Assembly: GCF_018977255.1 (NCBI RefSeq)
Contig: NW_024704742.1
Location: 21,020,001-21,084,000, forward strand
DNA length: 64,000 bases
Source: Callorhinchus milii
Lineage: Eukaryota
Direction of reading: 5' to 3'
Under the pieces are notes generated by a model. The model saw only the letters and a program-made list of their open reading frames with translations. It had not been told where the DNA came from and searched no databases. The position numbers and the translations under genes are program-made. Positions 38,425 through 51,500 of the stretch are shown here, piece after piece (position 1 is the first letter of the stretch; each line of letters opens with the position of its first letter).

Positions 38425-38765
38425 AATACAAAATTACAGTTGTATAGCACTTTTCACATTAGGAGGATGTTCCAAGGTGCTGGACAGTCAATGATTTGCA
38501 CCCAAACAGAGGGGTGTGGGGGTTTGGATCAGGGAGGGTGGAGGGCAGGGACGGTAGGAGGGTGGCCGAAGACACGCTCGAAGAGGAGGGTCTTGAGATG
38601 TGCCTTGAAGGAGGCAAAGAAGGGAGTGAGGCAAAGGGAATGTGGGATGGAGTTCCAAAGGGTGGGGGCAGAAAGGCTGAAGGCCTGACTACCGATGGTG
38701 GGGTGGGCCGGGCGGGGGATGGGCCACAGTCGAGGGAGCATACTGGTTGGTAGGGGGTTAGCAGG
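38425..38765 (-). mobile_element. L2 LINE 3' fragment
   Basis: AFSLSAPTLWNSIPHSL...SFKAHLKTLLFERVF plus tail. Confidence 0.85.
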
Positions 38766-40969
38766 TCACCGAGCTATAATATAATAATAATCCTTGCATT
38801 TGATATAGCATTTTTCACTTCTTCTAGACGTCTCAAAGCGCTTCACAGAATGTAAAGTGAATTGACTGTATATTTTGTGGGTGAAACGTGGCAGCCAATT
38901 GCGCACAGCAGTGTTCCACAAACAGTGGTGGATTGAAGTGACCAAATTATTCATGTTTGTTTTTTTTCCCTGCAAAATACAGTCATTACATTTTATGGTA
39001 CAGGCGCTCTGAGATGTCAACCCAATACGAATGGCATTGTATCAAATGCAAAGATTGTTATTATGATTATTTATTATGAAAATGAGCTCCAACTGATGAA
39101 TCAAAATAATTGTTTCGGTAAACGACACAGCTCGACATTCACGCCAAGCACGAGGCACAATTCTATTGAGACACAAACTATCTAAATGGCAGGTTCTCGC
39201 AAAGCAGAATTGTGTGAATTATGCATCAATTAAGGAACATATAAAGTCTCTAAGGAAATGGAAGGATACATGCAGATGGATCTCTGGTCTCCTGAGGTTG
39301 TAATTTAAACAGTTACATCATTTATCACAGGCACCGAGCCACGATTCCACTTCTGAAATGTTAATAGAATTTGTTAGTGAGAGATTTAGAATTAAACCTT
39401 AAAGTGGTGCTGTTGGACTCTAGCAGCGGATTTCTTGTTTGTTTTTGCTGAGGTGATGGAATGTTATTTCCTTATCACCAAACATGTTTGTTGCCTGAAG
39501 ATATTTGCAGAGTTAAGGTGTCCATTTCACCCGACGCTTAAATGTATTATAACGTGTCCATGGCAGCTTTCACGGCAAGCTTCACTAGTTTTAGTACATC
39601 CACTGAATGCTGAACAAGATTGCAGTGCCGGGCAATTTAGCTGCAGGCTCTGTGTCAGTAACTTATACATTGCTGTCCATATTCAGATGGATAACCTACA
39701 TTCTTTATTCCCTTCGTGTCAACTTGGCTGAAATCCTGACCTTTCAAGGTGCTATTGAAAAGTTAATTTGGAACAAGCCTAGAGGGTGAGGTATTATACA
39801 GATGAGTATCTAAACAGGTATGTGGAGTGTGGAGAATACACACCCAGGAGAGCATGGAAATCCGTTAAAATTATATTGCAATCAAGCGTTTGCTTTAGTT
39901 CCATATTTATTTCATTCTTAAATTCTGTACCTATTGAGGGAAAAGTTCAAAGCAGGTGTTTTACATGTAACAGAATCAGTCTTGTGAGTAACATTCACTG
40001 CACTGGTGAGGAATGCAGTTTTTCACTTCTCGTAGCTCAGAGAGCAGTTCAGACATTCATTGGGGTGAAAATTGCAATGTGCGACATAATAAATATCAGC
40101 GCTTGAGACATTTATAATAATAATAATCCTTGCATTTAAATAATAATATCAATAATAATCTATTTGTGGCAGCCAAAATGCAAGGATTAATATTATTATT
40201 GATATAACACCTTACCACATCTTAGAGACGTGTCAGAACAATTCACAGAACATACTGTAAAGTGAATTGATTGTGCATTTTGTGGGCGCATTTGATTAAA
40301 AAAAGGCTGCTCTGTGGAGGACATGGGTTTATGGCAGCAAAAGGCATTTTCAGGACAAGTACTTTTCCATCCAGGGAACAGCCTTACGGCTTCCGTCGTG
40401 CCTTTTACCCAACTGGTCTCTATGTCTGTGATCAATGGCACAGGAAGTCCCGACTCTGTTACCAGACCTCTCATTTCTGCTGAACTCTCTTCTGCTCGAC
40501 AGAGTTTACATGTCCCTTCAAGCACATCACGTGATTCTGGGAACAAAAGAGCCTAAGAACATAGGAGCAGCTTGTGTGGCTCATGCCATTATTCAAGTCG
40601 TGATTTAATGCCTGACTGACTATCTTTTTCTTTTTAACATATGATTTCCTAGTCCAAGCCCATGGCCCTCTGTTCTGTGTCTGAATCAGGAATTGAATTC
40701 TCCAACAAAGTCACTGTTCACTGCACCAGGTGGCACTCTACTCTACATGCTAACTGTAAAGGTGGAAGAAGTTTTAAGTTAGAATGCAGCTTTTTAAACT
40801 GGTTCATGATATCTATTCCCAGTTTTGGTTAACACTTTATTTATCCGCTTTATTGATTTCCTTTTACTATTCTGAATCTTCAATTATTCGCCACCATTCA
40901 AACCTTTTATTTCCAGTGACAAAAGATTTGGCTTTGTTCCCTTTTCACATCAATGTTATTAGACCTTCG

Positions 40970-41660
40970 AGGATGGGGTGGGGGGTAAGCAGAGTTTTCT
41001 TGGAGCTGAACTGGCTCCAAGGTGACATGCTTGGCAACGGAATGTCGGAATCAAGCCAGCCCTCGGTGGCGGTCTCGGTAGGCCAGTTTCTGAGCAAGAC
41101 GGATTCGCAGTACTCCAGGGCACTGCTGATGACAACACAGCCAGCCTGGCTCATCAAAAGGACTTTGAACGGCAGACCAGTCGCTGTGGGTAGGTCATCC
41201 CACTCAGCTCCTGTTAACCCTGCAAACCAAGGGCCTAATGGGTAGAGTGGTCCTAGCTGGACAAGCAATGGGAAGCTTTCCAGGCAGCAATATCAATGGC
41301 AAGCTATGCGGTTTTAGCTGGTTAGACTCCAGCAGTACCCCAATGCACACTCTGGGGTGCCCAAGCCTTGGCTCTTGCCAGTAGTTTCTGGAATTAGGTA
41401 AGCTGGAACATCCCTACATTCCAACATTCTGTCTCTAGGATTTCCATGTGTAGGTGGGATGCATGGAAATTTCAGCTTAGTTTGGATATTCTTAAGCATT
41501 ACAGCACAAATCAAGTACCAGCTGACAATGGTTACATTATTCTTCCCAACAAATATTGGCTGCAGATGTTTCCATTTCCTTGAGCATTGCTTGACCCAGG
41601 TCCCCTGAGTAACTCCCATGGAAATCCTTGGGCTCATCATAGGGCACCAATAGCAGCATC
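40970..41660. repeat. Longest local copy of an unclassified interspersed repeat family
   Basis: Sub-segments match 13290-13612, 23300-23370, 12455-12535, 26920-27000 and 59920-60030. Confidence 0.7.
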
Positions 41661-42759
41661 ATAGTGCTAGTCGTCACATTAGTCTCAGTCCTTAGGTGCC
41701 TTCAACCATCTGAATACCACAAACTGCTCCCTCCTTCCCCACTTTCAAAATCTTCCTCTTTGACTGCACTTCCAGTCATCTTCTCCTCCCTTCCCCTCTT
41801 CAGCTTCCAACTCCCCCTACGTCTTCCAATTCCACCCCCACCTCTGCTTGGATTGCAGCCAGCAGTGTAAAGCACTGTGTGAGAGGTCCTCCCAATGTAA
41901 AAGGCACTGTATAAATGTAAATTGTATTGTAAACACGAAAGGAGGTGATCCAATTACGCTCGGAGAGCTTCCCATGTGGATTTAATGGCATGACCAGAAA
42001 ACGTGTCGTACAATCTGTGGAGGCCTTCTTGATGAATGCAAACTCTTGGAAAAAATGTAACAACAAACTAAAGATAATAGAAGTCTCCAAAGACTGACGA
42101 AGTCCTGTTGAATTTCCTATTAAATCCACTTAAATTTATCTGCATTAGTCATATTAACAATCACACAACTCGTAACACCACTACTCCACTTGTCTCTATT
42201 GCATTTGCTGCTACTGCACTTGCTGCTACTGAACTTACCGACTGCCAGATCCAAACTTTGTTTCCCGCGCCTACCTCAAACAGAACACCGCACATGCTCA
42301 CCCCGACACTCTCTGAGCACTCCCTCTGGGTGTGTAACATCAATGTCATCCTACATGGCAGCGGGTGGGTAGGGGGGGCTGGGGGCTGAGACAGGAAAGA
42401 GTGGTGAGCAAGGGGTCGGGGATTGTCTGATCACGTGTAGAGCGAAGGGAACCCGTCAACATGTATTATGATTGGGAACTCCGTCCATTCATGTCATGAC
42501 TAGAGCACAACCACTTGGGCATACCTGATAGACCTGTCATGTATAAGCCTACAAGTATCTCCCTTTATAACTGAGACAATTAAGAGATAATTACTCTTAA
42601 CATCCCCCCTACAACTCTTAATTAATTTACACATTTGTATCATCTCCCACTGCAAGAAATAGATTGAAATATACATGAAAATGGTTGTTCCGGAAAATGA
42701 TGGGTCTGAAAATTTCCATTTTGAAACCTTGCCACTAACCACTTCAGTACTTGTCTATT

Positions 42760-42908
42760 TGTTATGTGTAAGTCATATAAAATCCCACTTGTACGTAACT
42801 TTACATAAGTCATATATGATACGACTTATGCAAGTTTGACATAACTACTTTGCAGAAGTCATATTAAATGTATGGTCCCAATTGCTACAACTTATGTGAG
42901 GTTTACTG
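42760..42908. mobile_element. Tigger/MER2-like DNA transposon terminus
   Basis: Ends gaggtttactg|ta, with subterminal (ta)agtcata and gacttatg inverted motifs. Confidence 0.5.
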
Positions 42909-43170
42909 TACTTCAATCAAATCACCCCTTATACTGCCCTGCTGTAAGAAAGAGAACCTCAGTCTCACCAGCCTCTCACCGTAGCCAAGCCCTTTCACTG
43001 TCAATGTGGCGAAACAACTGGGTTCCCAGCTAAGGTCTACCACACCAGCATGGCATGGTTAACAGCAGTTGCCAGGAGGTTTTGTTGTGAGCAAGTGACT
43101 TAAATTCCTGCAAGGAAGTCTTTTGCGAGGTCCTTGGGTTGTCTCTTAAAGTGCAAGAAAGATATCCTAC

Positions 43171-43221
43171 CTTCGATATGTTGCTCGATCGGCTCGCGGA
43201 GCGTCCTGGAGACTTGTCATT
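43171..43221 (-). CDS. MARCHF1: MARCHF1 internal coding exon (51 nt, phase 0-0): NDKSPGRSASRSSNISK
   Basis: Acceptor tttgcag|AAT and donor AAG|gtagga. The peptide matches the remembered mammalian MARCH1 segment NEKSPGRSASRSSNISK. Confidence 0.93.
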
Positions 43222-43997
43222 CTGCAAATGAACAGAAGGTATCGTATTATTGGAAATGTCCAAACACCCCTTTGGAGGTTGGTGGGCTCACCTCACAACA
43301 CTGCCATCACTCAGAGCAGAGGAGCTGCTGAAGTCAATCTGGGTACTTTTACTGCTGTTTCCTTCTGTTGCGATGGCATGAATGTAATCAAGTGAAAAGT
43401 AACATCAGCTGACCCACTCGTGCAAACCACTGAAGTCTCAATGGTCAACTTATCTGCACTTTTAAAGGACCACCGTTTTCTGGAGAAGCCAACGCTTTTC
43501 TTTTTAAAGTTTACAATTTCAGACACCGAATATATATATATATATATTTTGTATGCAGTATAAGATTTTCCGAAGCTGAGGGGAGGAATTCCAACATCTG
43601 GGAAAAACAGCCTTGTGTAGTACTGCAGCAATTAAATCACTTAATTGCTGTTGGCCCCCAGACCAGGAAGGATGCTGATTCCTGCTCAGCACAATGAGAG
43701 CTCTGCTTAATTCACCCAAGCCGGCCTCTTCTGTCTGGAAACCAGAACATGGCAGAGATCCAAACACTACTTTTTTTCCGTGCGGAAAATTGGAATTTCT
43801 GTTCATGGGTATGAGAATTTATAGAACCATTTCTGCATTGTCTGTGACTGTGAGAAGTCTTGTACTTTTCATTCAAAAGACTTATATTCCAAGATACTAG
43901 ATATTGTGTTGCAAAGTTGCAGCAATCCAGGGCAGTATAAAACAAGGTTTTTTGCATATCTAATAATAATTAATTACGACTCAAATCTATTTTGCGC

Positions 43998-44200
43998 TAA
44001 CACACACCATCTGATTTCCACTCCAGACACACATCATCGGATTCCCACTCAGAACATATATCATCTGATTCCCAATCCGGACACATGTTATCCCATTCCA
44101 AATCTGTACACACACAACCTCTCCAGACACAAGCATTGGATTCCTACTTGGGCAAACGTCATTCGATACCCGCTCCTGGACATACTGCCTCCAATTCCCG
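43998..44200. repeat. Degenerate 27-bp minisatellite (acacatcatcggattcccactcagaac), about 7 copies
   Basis: Tandem units are visible and give a 9-aa periodicity in ORF 43906-44295. Confidence 0.75.
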
Positions 44201-44569
44201 CTGATAGTCAGTCAATCAGGTGCAAAATCTTAACCATCGTATTGGTTTACCTACTGTGGCTGATGGAGCAACACTCTGATAGTCAATGTCGATGAAAAAG
44301 TTCCTGAGGAAAGTGATACTGTTACTGGCCTCCCCTGCCACTCGATAAAGAGCTCTGTGACCGTCACCTTCTTCTTCTCCCTCTTCCTCCCTGCTCAGTT
44401 ACCATCTGCTATGTTCTGTGATGCTCCAAAATGTGACTCTAGGTGAAGGTGCCACATAATGCAAGTTGCTGTTATAAACCTGCTTTTTCTGCAGGAAATT
44501 CCACCTGTGTCAACCTGACTGGTGTCACCTCAGCTCTGAAGTGATGGAATAAATGAAACAATCCTACCA

Positions 44570-44915
44570 TATTGATAGTGCGCTTATTGTTAAAATATCT
44601 CTGCGTTTCACACATAATTGTAACCAAATGTAGTGACTGTGTATTTCATAGGCAATCACAGCAGCTAATTTGAACACAGGAATGTCCCACAAACAGAACA
44701 AAGTGAATGATTAATATTATTTGGGGCATTGTCAGCCAGGACACAGGAGAAACTTCCTTCTCTTTTTGATCAGTGACTTATGATTTTAAACATCCAGCTG
44801 AACAGGCAGATGGGATTTTGGTTAAACGTCTCATCCGAAGGACAGCACCTCTGACAATACAGTATAACACTCTCACAGCACTGCACTGGAGTGTTACCAG
44901 AGACTGTGAGCTCAC
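44570..44915 (-). mobile_element. Deu-domain SINE lacking its head
   Basis: Reverse strand tgtcagaggtgctgtccttcggatgagacgtttaacc, then tail. Confidence 0.7.
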
Positions 44916-45211
44916 TGTTTACATTGTAAAGTCCTTTTCTGGTGACACGGCACCAGGAATGCTGCTGTTTTCCTGAAGATAATTTTTTCAACTGCATTGG
45001 GATCTGTCGGGCCCTTTTGTTTCTTGTTTACAATGGGCAATTCTCTCAAGAGCAGGTGAGCACATTTGTAGTCAGCTTTATCCATGCTCCTAGTTGATTC
45101 CTCCTTGTGGTCATAATGAACTTCCCCAGCTCTACACTATGGTGAAGGCTGAGCAAATATTGCTGACTTTGCTTGAATCATTCGACGGTCTCTACATTAG
45201 TACTGTACTGG

Positions 45212-45612
45212 AGGTGTCAGCCTGACTCAGCTGATAACACTCTCATCTCTGAGTCAGAAAGTTGTGGATTCAAGCCCCACACAATGACTTTGAGCTCACG
45301 GTGTATGCTGACACTCCCACACAGCTGCATTATCAGTGGTGCTGTTCTTCGGATGAGACTTTAAACCAAGATGCAGGAAGACTTTAAAGATCTCATGACA
45401 CAATTTAAAAAGAGAAGGGAGTTTCATGGTGTCCTGGCTAACAATTCCCCAGGTAAAATTGATCATTCACTTTATGGCTTTTTGTGAGACATTGCTGTGC
45501 GCAAATTTGCTGCTGTGTTTCCCTATAAATACAGTTACTGCACTCTGTGAAGTGTTTTGAAATGTTTTCACATCATAACTTGCTATGTGAAATGCAACGA
45601 TTATTACTATTG
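45212..45612 (+). mobile_element. Deu-domain SINE, near full length
   Basis: ggtgtcagcctgactcagctgataacactctcatctctgagtcagaaag...aaatgcaacgattattact. Confidence 0.8.
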
Positions 45613-45834
45613 TATTATTATAATTAGCCATCGAAAGTTAATTCTATTGAATGTGCTGAGGTGTAAAATTGGTCCTGCAATGCGAAAATACCTGCTTCCT
45701 AAAACCAATCAAGTCTCAGTGTGCTATAAATATATTACACATTGTTCCATTTGAAATATAAATCTCTCCAACCAGATTATAACTGAGAAGCCATCTTTGG
45801 CAGAGTCTTCTTTTTTTGTTGGGGTAAGAATATT

Positions 45835-46130
45835 AATGATAATGATAATAATAATCCTTGCATTTGATATAGTGCTTTTCACATCTTCTAGATTCCTCAA
45901 AGCTCTTCATAGAATATACTGTAAAGTGAATTGACTGTATATTTGTGGGCAAAATGCAGCAGCCAGTGTCTCACAAACAGTCGTAGATTGAGTGATTATT
46001 TTTTTCTTGAGGGATTATTATCAGGCGTATGGAATAAGGAAACTTGACCAAGGTTTCACGCTGCCAGGAATCGAACCGAAGTCTCTCACTTGCGAGGTGA
46101 GTTCTCTTACCGCTGAAATACAGGAATCCA
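45835..46130 (-). mobile_element. tRNA-derived SINE
   Basis: Head and tail of the family on the reverse strand. Confidence 0.85.
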
Positions 46131-47185
46131 TCTATTACACAACTAACTGCCCTTAAAACGGCTCTGGAATAACTCTAATAAGTAAAGCAATAAGACTGGA
46201 ATCATCAGGATAATACAATACAATTTACATTGATATAATGCCTTTCACCTAAGAAGGATGTTTCAAAGCGCAGTCAAAGTGCTGGATGGGCACCTGAGCT
46301 GGGTGTGGGAGTGGGGGGAGTGGGGGGAGGGGAACGGTGACCGAAATCATGGTCAAAGTGGTATGTTTTGTGTAACCCAGAGAGTGGTCCTCTGAGTGGA
46401 CCTCAAACTGTCAAATCCAATCTGAATCGCATGGTTTTGCTAATCCTCTCAGTTGTTATGTTCTAAATTAATTCAGATTAATCTTATTAAAATACCCAGG
46501 AGCATGAAGAGAAGCAATGGTGCTGTGTACACCAAGGGTCACTGGGGCACATTATGCGCTGCTTTGCACATCAGCAAGGACCAATGGCAATCAGGGAATT
46601 TTGTAGCGAGCGGATACATGGGAATAATTCCTGAATGAGATTAGAGAAGAAGGAATAAAAGAAACATTGGACACCATCTCTGCTGAATTCAGGTTTCATC
46701 TTGAAGTCGTTTTTTTGCAAATTCTTTAGAAAACTGGCTTCAAAATTGAGACTATTTAATAGCAAAAGTTCAAATACAAAATACACCATCACTGCACTTT
46801 ATAATAAATCCTGTGAAGTGCTTTGGGGTATCCTTTCAACATAAAAGTTGTCATATCCAAATGCAAGGAATATTATGTTTGGGATTAAATTATGCACTGT
46901 CTGAAATGGTAAGAAAATAAAGTTAGACCAGGTGAAATTTCTTCCCTTGCATCGTCTATCCGTGCACAATGTTGTCAAATGAATTTTATTCTTAAAGATA
47001 TCTGTGAAAAAGCAGCTTCCAATTTAAAACGGAAGTTAAAAAGTTTCCTAAATTCTGCCCAATCTTAATTTGGAGATTTTCAGGCCTAAAATGCTCTGCA
47101 GGATCTACCCAAGAAAGTGCATCGGATTATTCTAGTATTTGAATGGAAGTTATTTTAGTAAATACTATAGAAAGAAACCTGGTTA

Positions 47186-47514
47186 AATAATAATATAATA
47201 ATAATCCTTGCATTTGATATAGCGCTTTTCACGTCGGGAGGACGTCCCAAAGCGCTTCACAGAATAGACTGTAAAGTGAATTGACTGTATATTTGTGGGC
47301 GAACGCGGCAGCCAATTGCGCACAGCAATGTCCCACAAACAGTCGTAGATTGAAAATGACCAATTTATTATTGTTTTTGTTTTGGAGGGATTATTATTAG
47401 GCTCTGTGTGGAGTAAAGAAACTTGCCCAAGGTTTCGCCCTGACCTGCCTGGAATTGAACTCAGGTCTCTCACTTGCAAAGCGAGTGCTCTAACCACTGA
47501 GCTACAGGACTCCA
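47186..47514 (-). mobile_element. tRNA-derived SINE, young-looking subfamily
   Basis: Full length, CpGs retained, nearly identical to 58255-58576. Confidence 0.92.
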
Positions 47515-48229
47515 CAATTGTAATTAATTGTGTTAAGGAAAAACAATAATAATCATCATCCTTGCATTTGCTATAATGATAATAATAACAATAATAATCC
47601 TTTCATTTGAAATAGTGTTTATCACGTCTTCGAGACGTCTCAAAGCCACCAAGATTTCAGTCAGTACACTTTAAACCATGTTGGAGCAGTAAATCTGCTC
47701 AGTTATTCAATAGCACACAGGATTCATCAGTTGCTACCAGAAAGCTATTGGAATGCAAACTCACACTCATCTGCTTAGAAACAGGACTCTTTGCTAGCCA
47801 CTGCTATTTTCAGTAAAAGTTCATTAGATGTACCTTGTCAGACAGCACAGCCAAATTATTTATCGCCACTGCAATGGCACTCAACATTTTACTTTATATT
47901 TCTGGGTATTTTTGAAATAAGGTGATAGGTATGTGGTCCGATGCTTGAAGCTAAACAGAAGCTTGCCACATGTGCAGCTAAAGCTTTTTCTACACTTGAT
48001 AGAATGTTTTTGAAGGTTGTAGGAAGCATAGTTGCACATGTTAACCCCTCCCCGTGGATAGCTTAGTGGTTTTTTAAATAAAATACCAGACATTTTTTTG
48101 TATTTGGTATCTGTTGGATTGGTTCGTGTGTGTCTGGCTGTGGTTTGCTCAGGGAAATTGAGATGAACTGCTTGTTTGACAATCACACAGCCTTGGCTCA
48201 CTCAATCTCTCTCTGGACTGAATCTCACT

Positions 48230-48598
48230 TAACCCTTCCATACCCTCACCCCACCCCACCACCGTATCTTCAACCCTATCGCCCCAGTTGCTCAGCTCAC
48301 TTCATTCGCTCCCATCCAATCCACTCCACAATCGATGGGTGAGAATTCAGCCATTCTGTCCCCACTCTCTGGAACACCATCCCAGAGACCCTCCACCTCA
48401 CCTCCTTACTTCCATCTTCAAAGCTCACTTTAAGACTGATTTTTTAGTCTCAGTTTTGGTCACATTCTCCCCCCCACACCCCCGAGTCTTGGGCTACTAT
48501 TCAACTGTGTGAAGCATTTAGAGATGTTCTCTCAACTAAATGCTCCGAGACCCTATCCTGTGCAAAGGGTGCTATATAAATGTAAGTTGTTGTTGTTG
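48230..48598 (+). mobile_element. L2 LINE 3' fragment, decayed
   Basis: SIFKAHFKTDF remnant; tail gtgctatataaatgtaagttgttgttgttg. Confidence 0.7.
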
Positions 48599-51500
48599 AC
48601 TTCAAAGTTACTAAATAAATGGAAATCGTTCTTGTTATCAGTATTAAAGGCAGAATGACAGGTTAACAAATCCTTTTTTTCCTGCTTTGACAATTAGTAA
48701 GTGCTCTGAGACTTTATCCAGCATGAAGGGTGCTTTATATAAAAACAATTTGTTGTTGAATGTGTTTTATTCTCCAGTCCTGCTGTCAAAAGGATAAAAC
48801 TGTACCATTATTAACTCTTCTGAAATCTGACAGAATCCCAGTCTCTGGGCACACACTCTTATGTGACAGATATATTTTCATCACAGTAAAACAATTGCAT
48901 GTTTTTCAATTAGTGCAGCAAAGTCAGCAGTGGGTGTCTCTCACAGTCTTTCTACAGTGTTAGCTCTGTTAACAACTCTGTGTGCAATTGCAACTCAGAC
49001 AGTCACCATCTGCTCTGGGAATTCAGTCTCACTGCTCATTACACAAGGTTAAGCGATGAAATTTCTTTCTGCATTTTTCTGGTTTTCAGTCTCTTTTCCC
49101 TGTGTGAATGCATTTAGAAAATCCTTCCATGTACGCAGATGCCACTTGTTTTTTTTATTCCAAAGTGGTATTTCCTTCATTCTAATGCTCTAACCTCGTA
49201 CTAATACTGTGCGCATTTGACATTGTGCCTTGTCACATTCAAAGGAGTTTCAACATGCAAAGATACTTTCATGTGTAGTGACTATTTTGTCAAAATAAAT
49301 GTGACAGCTGACTTGCGGCAGTGATGTTCCAGAAAACAACAGGATGAATGGTCACGTTTAGTCTCATTGACAACTATTGATGGATAAATAAATATTGGCT
49401 GCAGACCTAAAAAGTAACCTGAACATTACAGTGAATCCTGTGAAGTGTTTTGAGACATCCTCTGGTTGTGATAGTTTTTTTATATATAATCCTGTGAAGC
49501 GCTTTGAGATGTCTCAATGACATGATAGGCGCTAAATCAAATGCAAGCATTAATAATATTATTATAAGTCTTACAGCAAGCTAAACATTAAAACATAAAT
49601 GTTCAAACATGTATTAACATTAAACATAATTAATTCAACTTTTCCTTACATAAAATTCAGTTGGAATATGCAATTCTATGTCACAAACTAACAATTCTTT
49701 CAAAAACTGAAGTGCGATGGAAAAAGAGGAATATTAAAGCTCATAAGGAGCAGCGAGCAGGAGACTGAATTTGGGATCGAACATTTCGTTATTAAGATCG
49801 TTGCGTTAATGACGGAATTTGAAGAATAAAATAAAGTTAAACAAAAAGTGTCCGTCTTAAAATTTAGCCAAATTCTGATGCCTTTTTTGTGGTATTAAGA
49901 AATTGATGTTATCAACTTAAAACTTTAATCGTCCCTTATTAATTTATGCAGTTCAAGCCACTGTTAGTTCCTTTTGTGATACCCATAATCGTACACTGCT
50001 TTAAAACCAGTGATAATTATGCTGGAAAGCTCTATAAATCTATGAGTAAAAAATGTCTTGTACTTTTCACGAATGTACCACAACAGTGTGGCTTTAACAG
50101 ACTATGTACAGTTAGATGCTGTTTGTTTGGACTACACCTATTTGGACTGATTGATTATTAGTCTCTCTTAATATTCTGTGTATACAATTAAACACTTAAA
50201 AATGCAATGTGTAGTGAAGGTGTTCTAACAAAATATGAACGTTTAACTTTTTATTACAATCAACCAAGACTCTCATCATACACTTTCACACAAGTTCTGT
50301 ACAGTTATTTGATGCTACAAGCCTTTCTGATATGTCTGGTGGCTAGAATTAATAATCCTTGCATTTGATATAGCGCCTTATCCGGTCTTCGAGACATCTC
50401 AACGTGTTTCGCAGAATATACTGTGAAGTGAATTGAATGTATATGTTGTGGGTGAAACTTATGCAACCCAATGCATTTCCCAATTTTTTAAGATGAATAG
50501 TGAAGTTCTCTCTCCAGCACTGTAGTGACTTGAATCCACTCCACAAGTAAAGCCACTCTGTAATTTTTTAATTTTCTAGATTCTGTCCTGAAAGCCTGCC
50601 TCCTTTTATCCCTTTCTCCTTCATCCACCCACCCCATTAATTTTCTATACCACAAGCTTGCAATGACTAATGCATTTTAAAAACATCTGCTTTCTAGATC
50701 TTTACCAAATGGAGACGGCAAAATAATATTAAGTGTACTATCTGCTTTGATGACAATGTCATGTGCATTGGATATGGAAGTGTCTCTTTGAATCTTTCAT
50801 CAGTACTTCCTCAAGTTTTGAAACAAAAATATAAAGCATTCCCGCTCCCCCACTTTACATCATCTACAGTATCTTTTCAACATCTTCCCCTGCTATATTC
50901 TCATTGGGAACTGATACCCTTCGTGTAAAATGTTCAGGTTAAATGAGTCTAAATCTAATACTTTTGAGGTTCATAGTTGTCTCATGGTTTTTGCTTTAAG
51001 ATTATGGATTGTGGAGATTCCTTATATTTATTCTTAATTTGGGCACCGGAGGTTTTCTGAAGTAGCAAAAAGACCAAAGGCTAAGACCAAACTTATGAAT
51101 ATTCCACAATTCTGCAAAATATTATACTTAAAGATAATGATCAAGGCTATAAACCACGAGAAATATCAAGTCCCATCTTTTTTGTTCATATCTCCTGATG
51201 TTTTGACTACTAAATGTAGCTAACTCATTCCAGATGGAGGAAAGCTTCAAACTTTGGTTGCTTGTTTTTTTATCTGCAGCCCTTTGAAGCATTGAGACAG
51301 CAGACTCCTTCTCCAGGGAAATATAAAACTGATGTTGATGGAGATTGTATTCTATTATCTATTATCGGACGCTATTCTATTCTATTACCTGGTGTTCTGG
51401 TTACCAATCCCCCAAATAAAACTGATCATTAATTCCATGCATGTTTGTGGGACATTGCTGTGTGCAAATTGGCTGCCGCATTTGCCTACAAAACACAGTC

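Noticed and set aside
41930..42130. KASTDCTTRFL as a pogo-like motif; ctgacgaagtcc as a hammerhead core
   Set aside because: The peptide similarity is too weak, and no stem II or GAAA geometry follows the CTGACGA.
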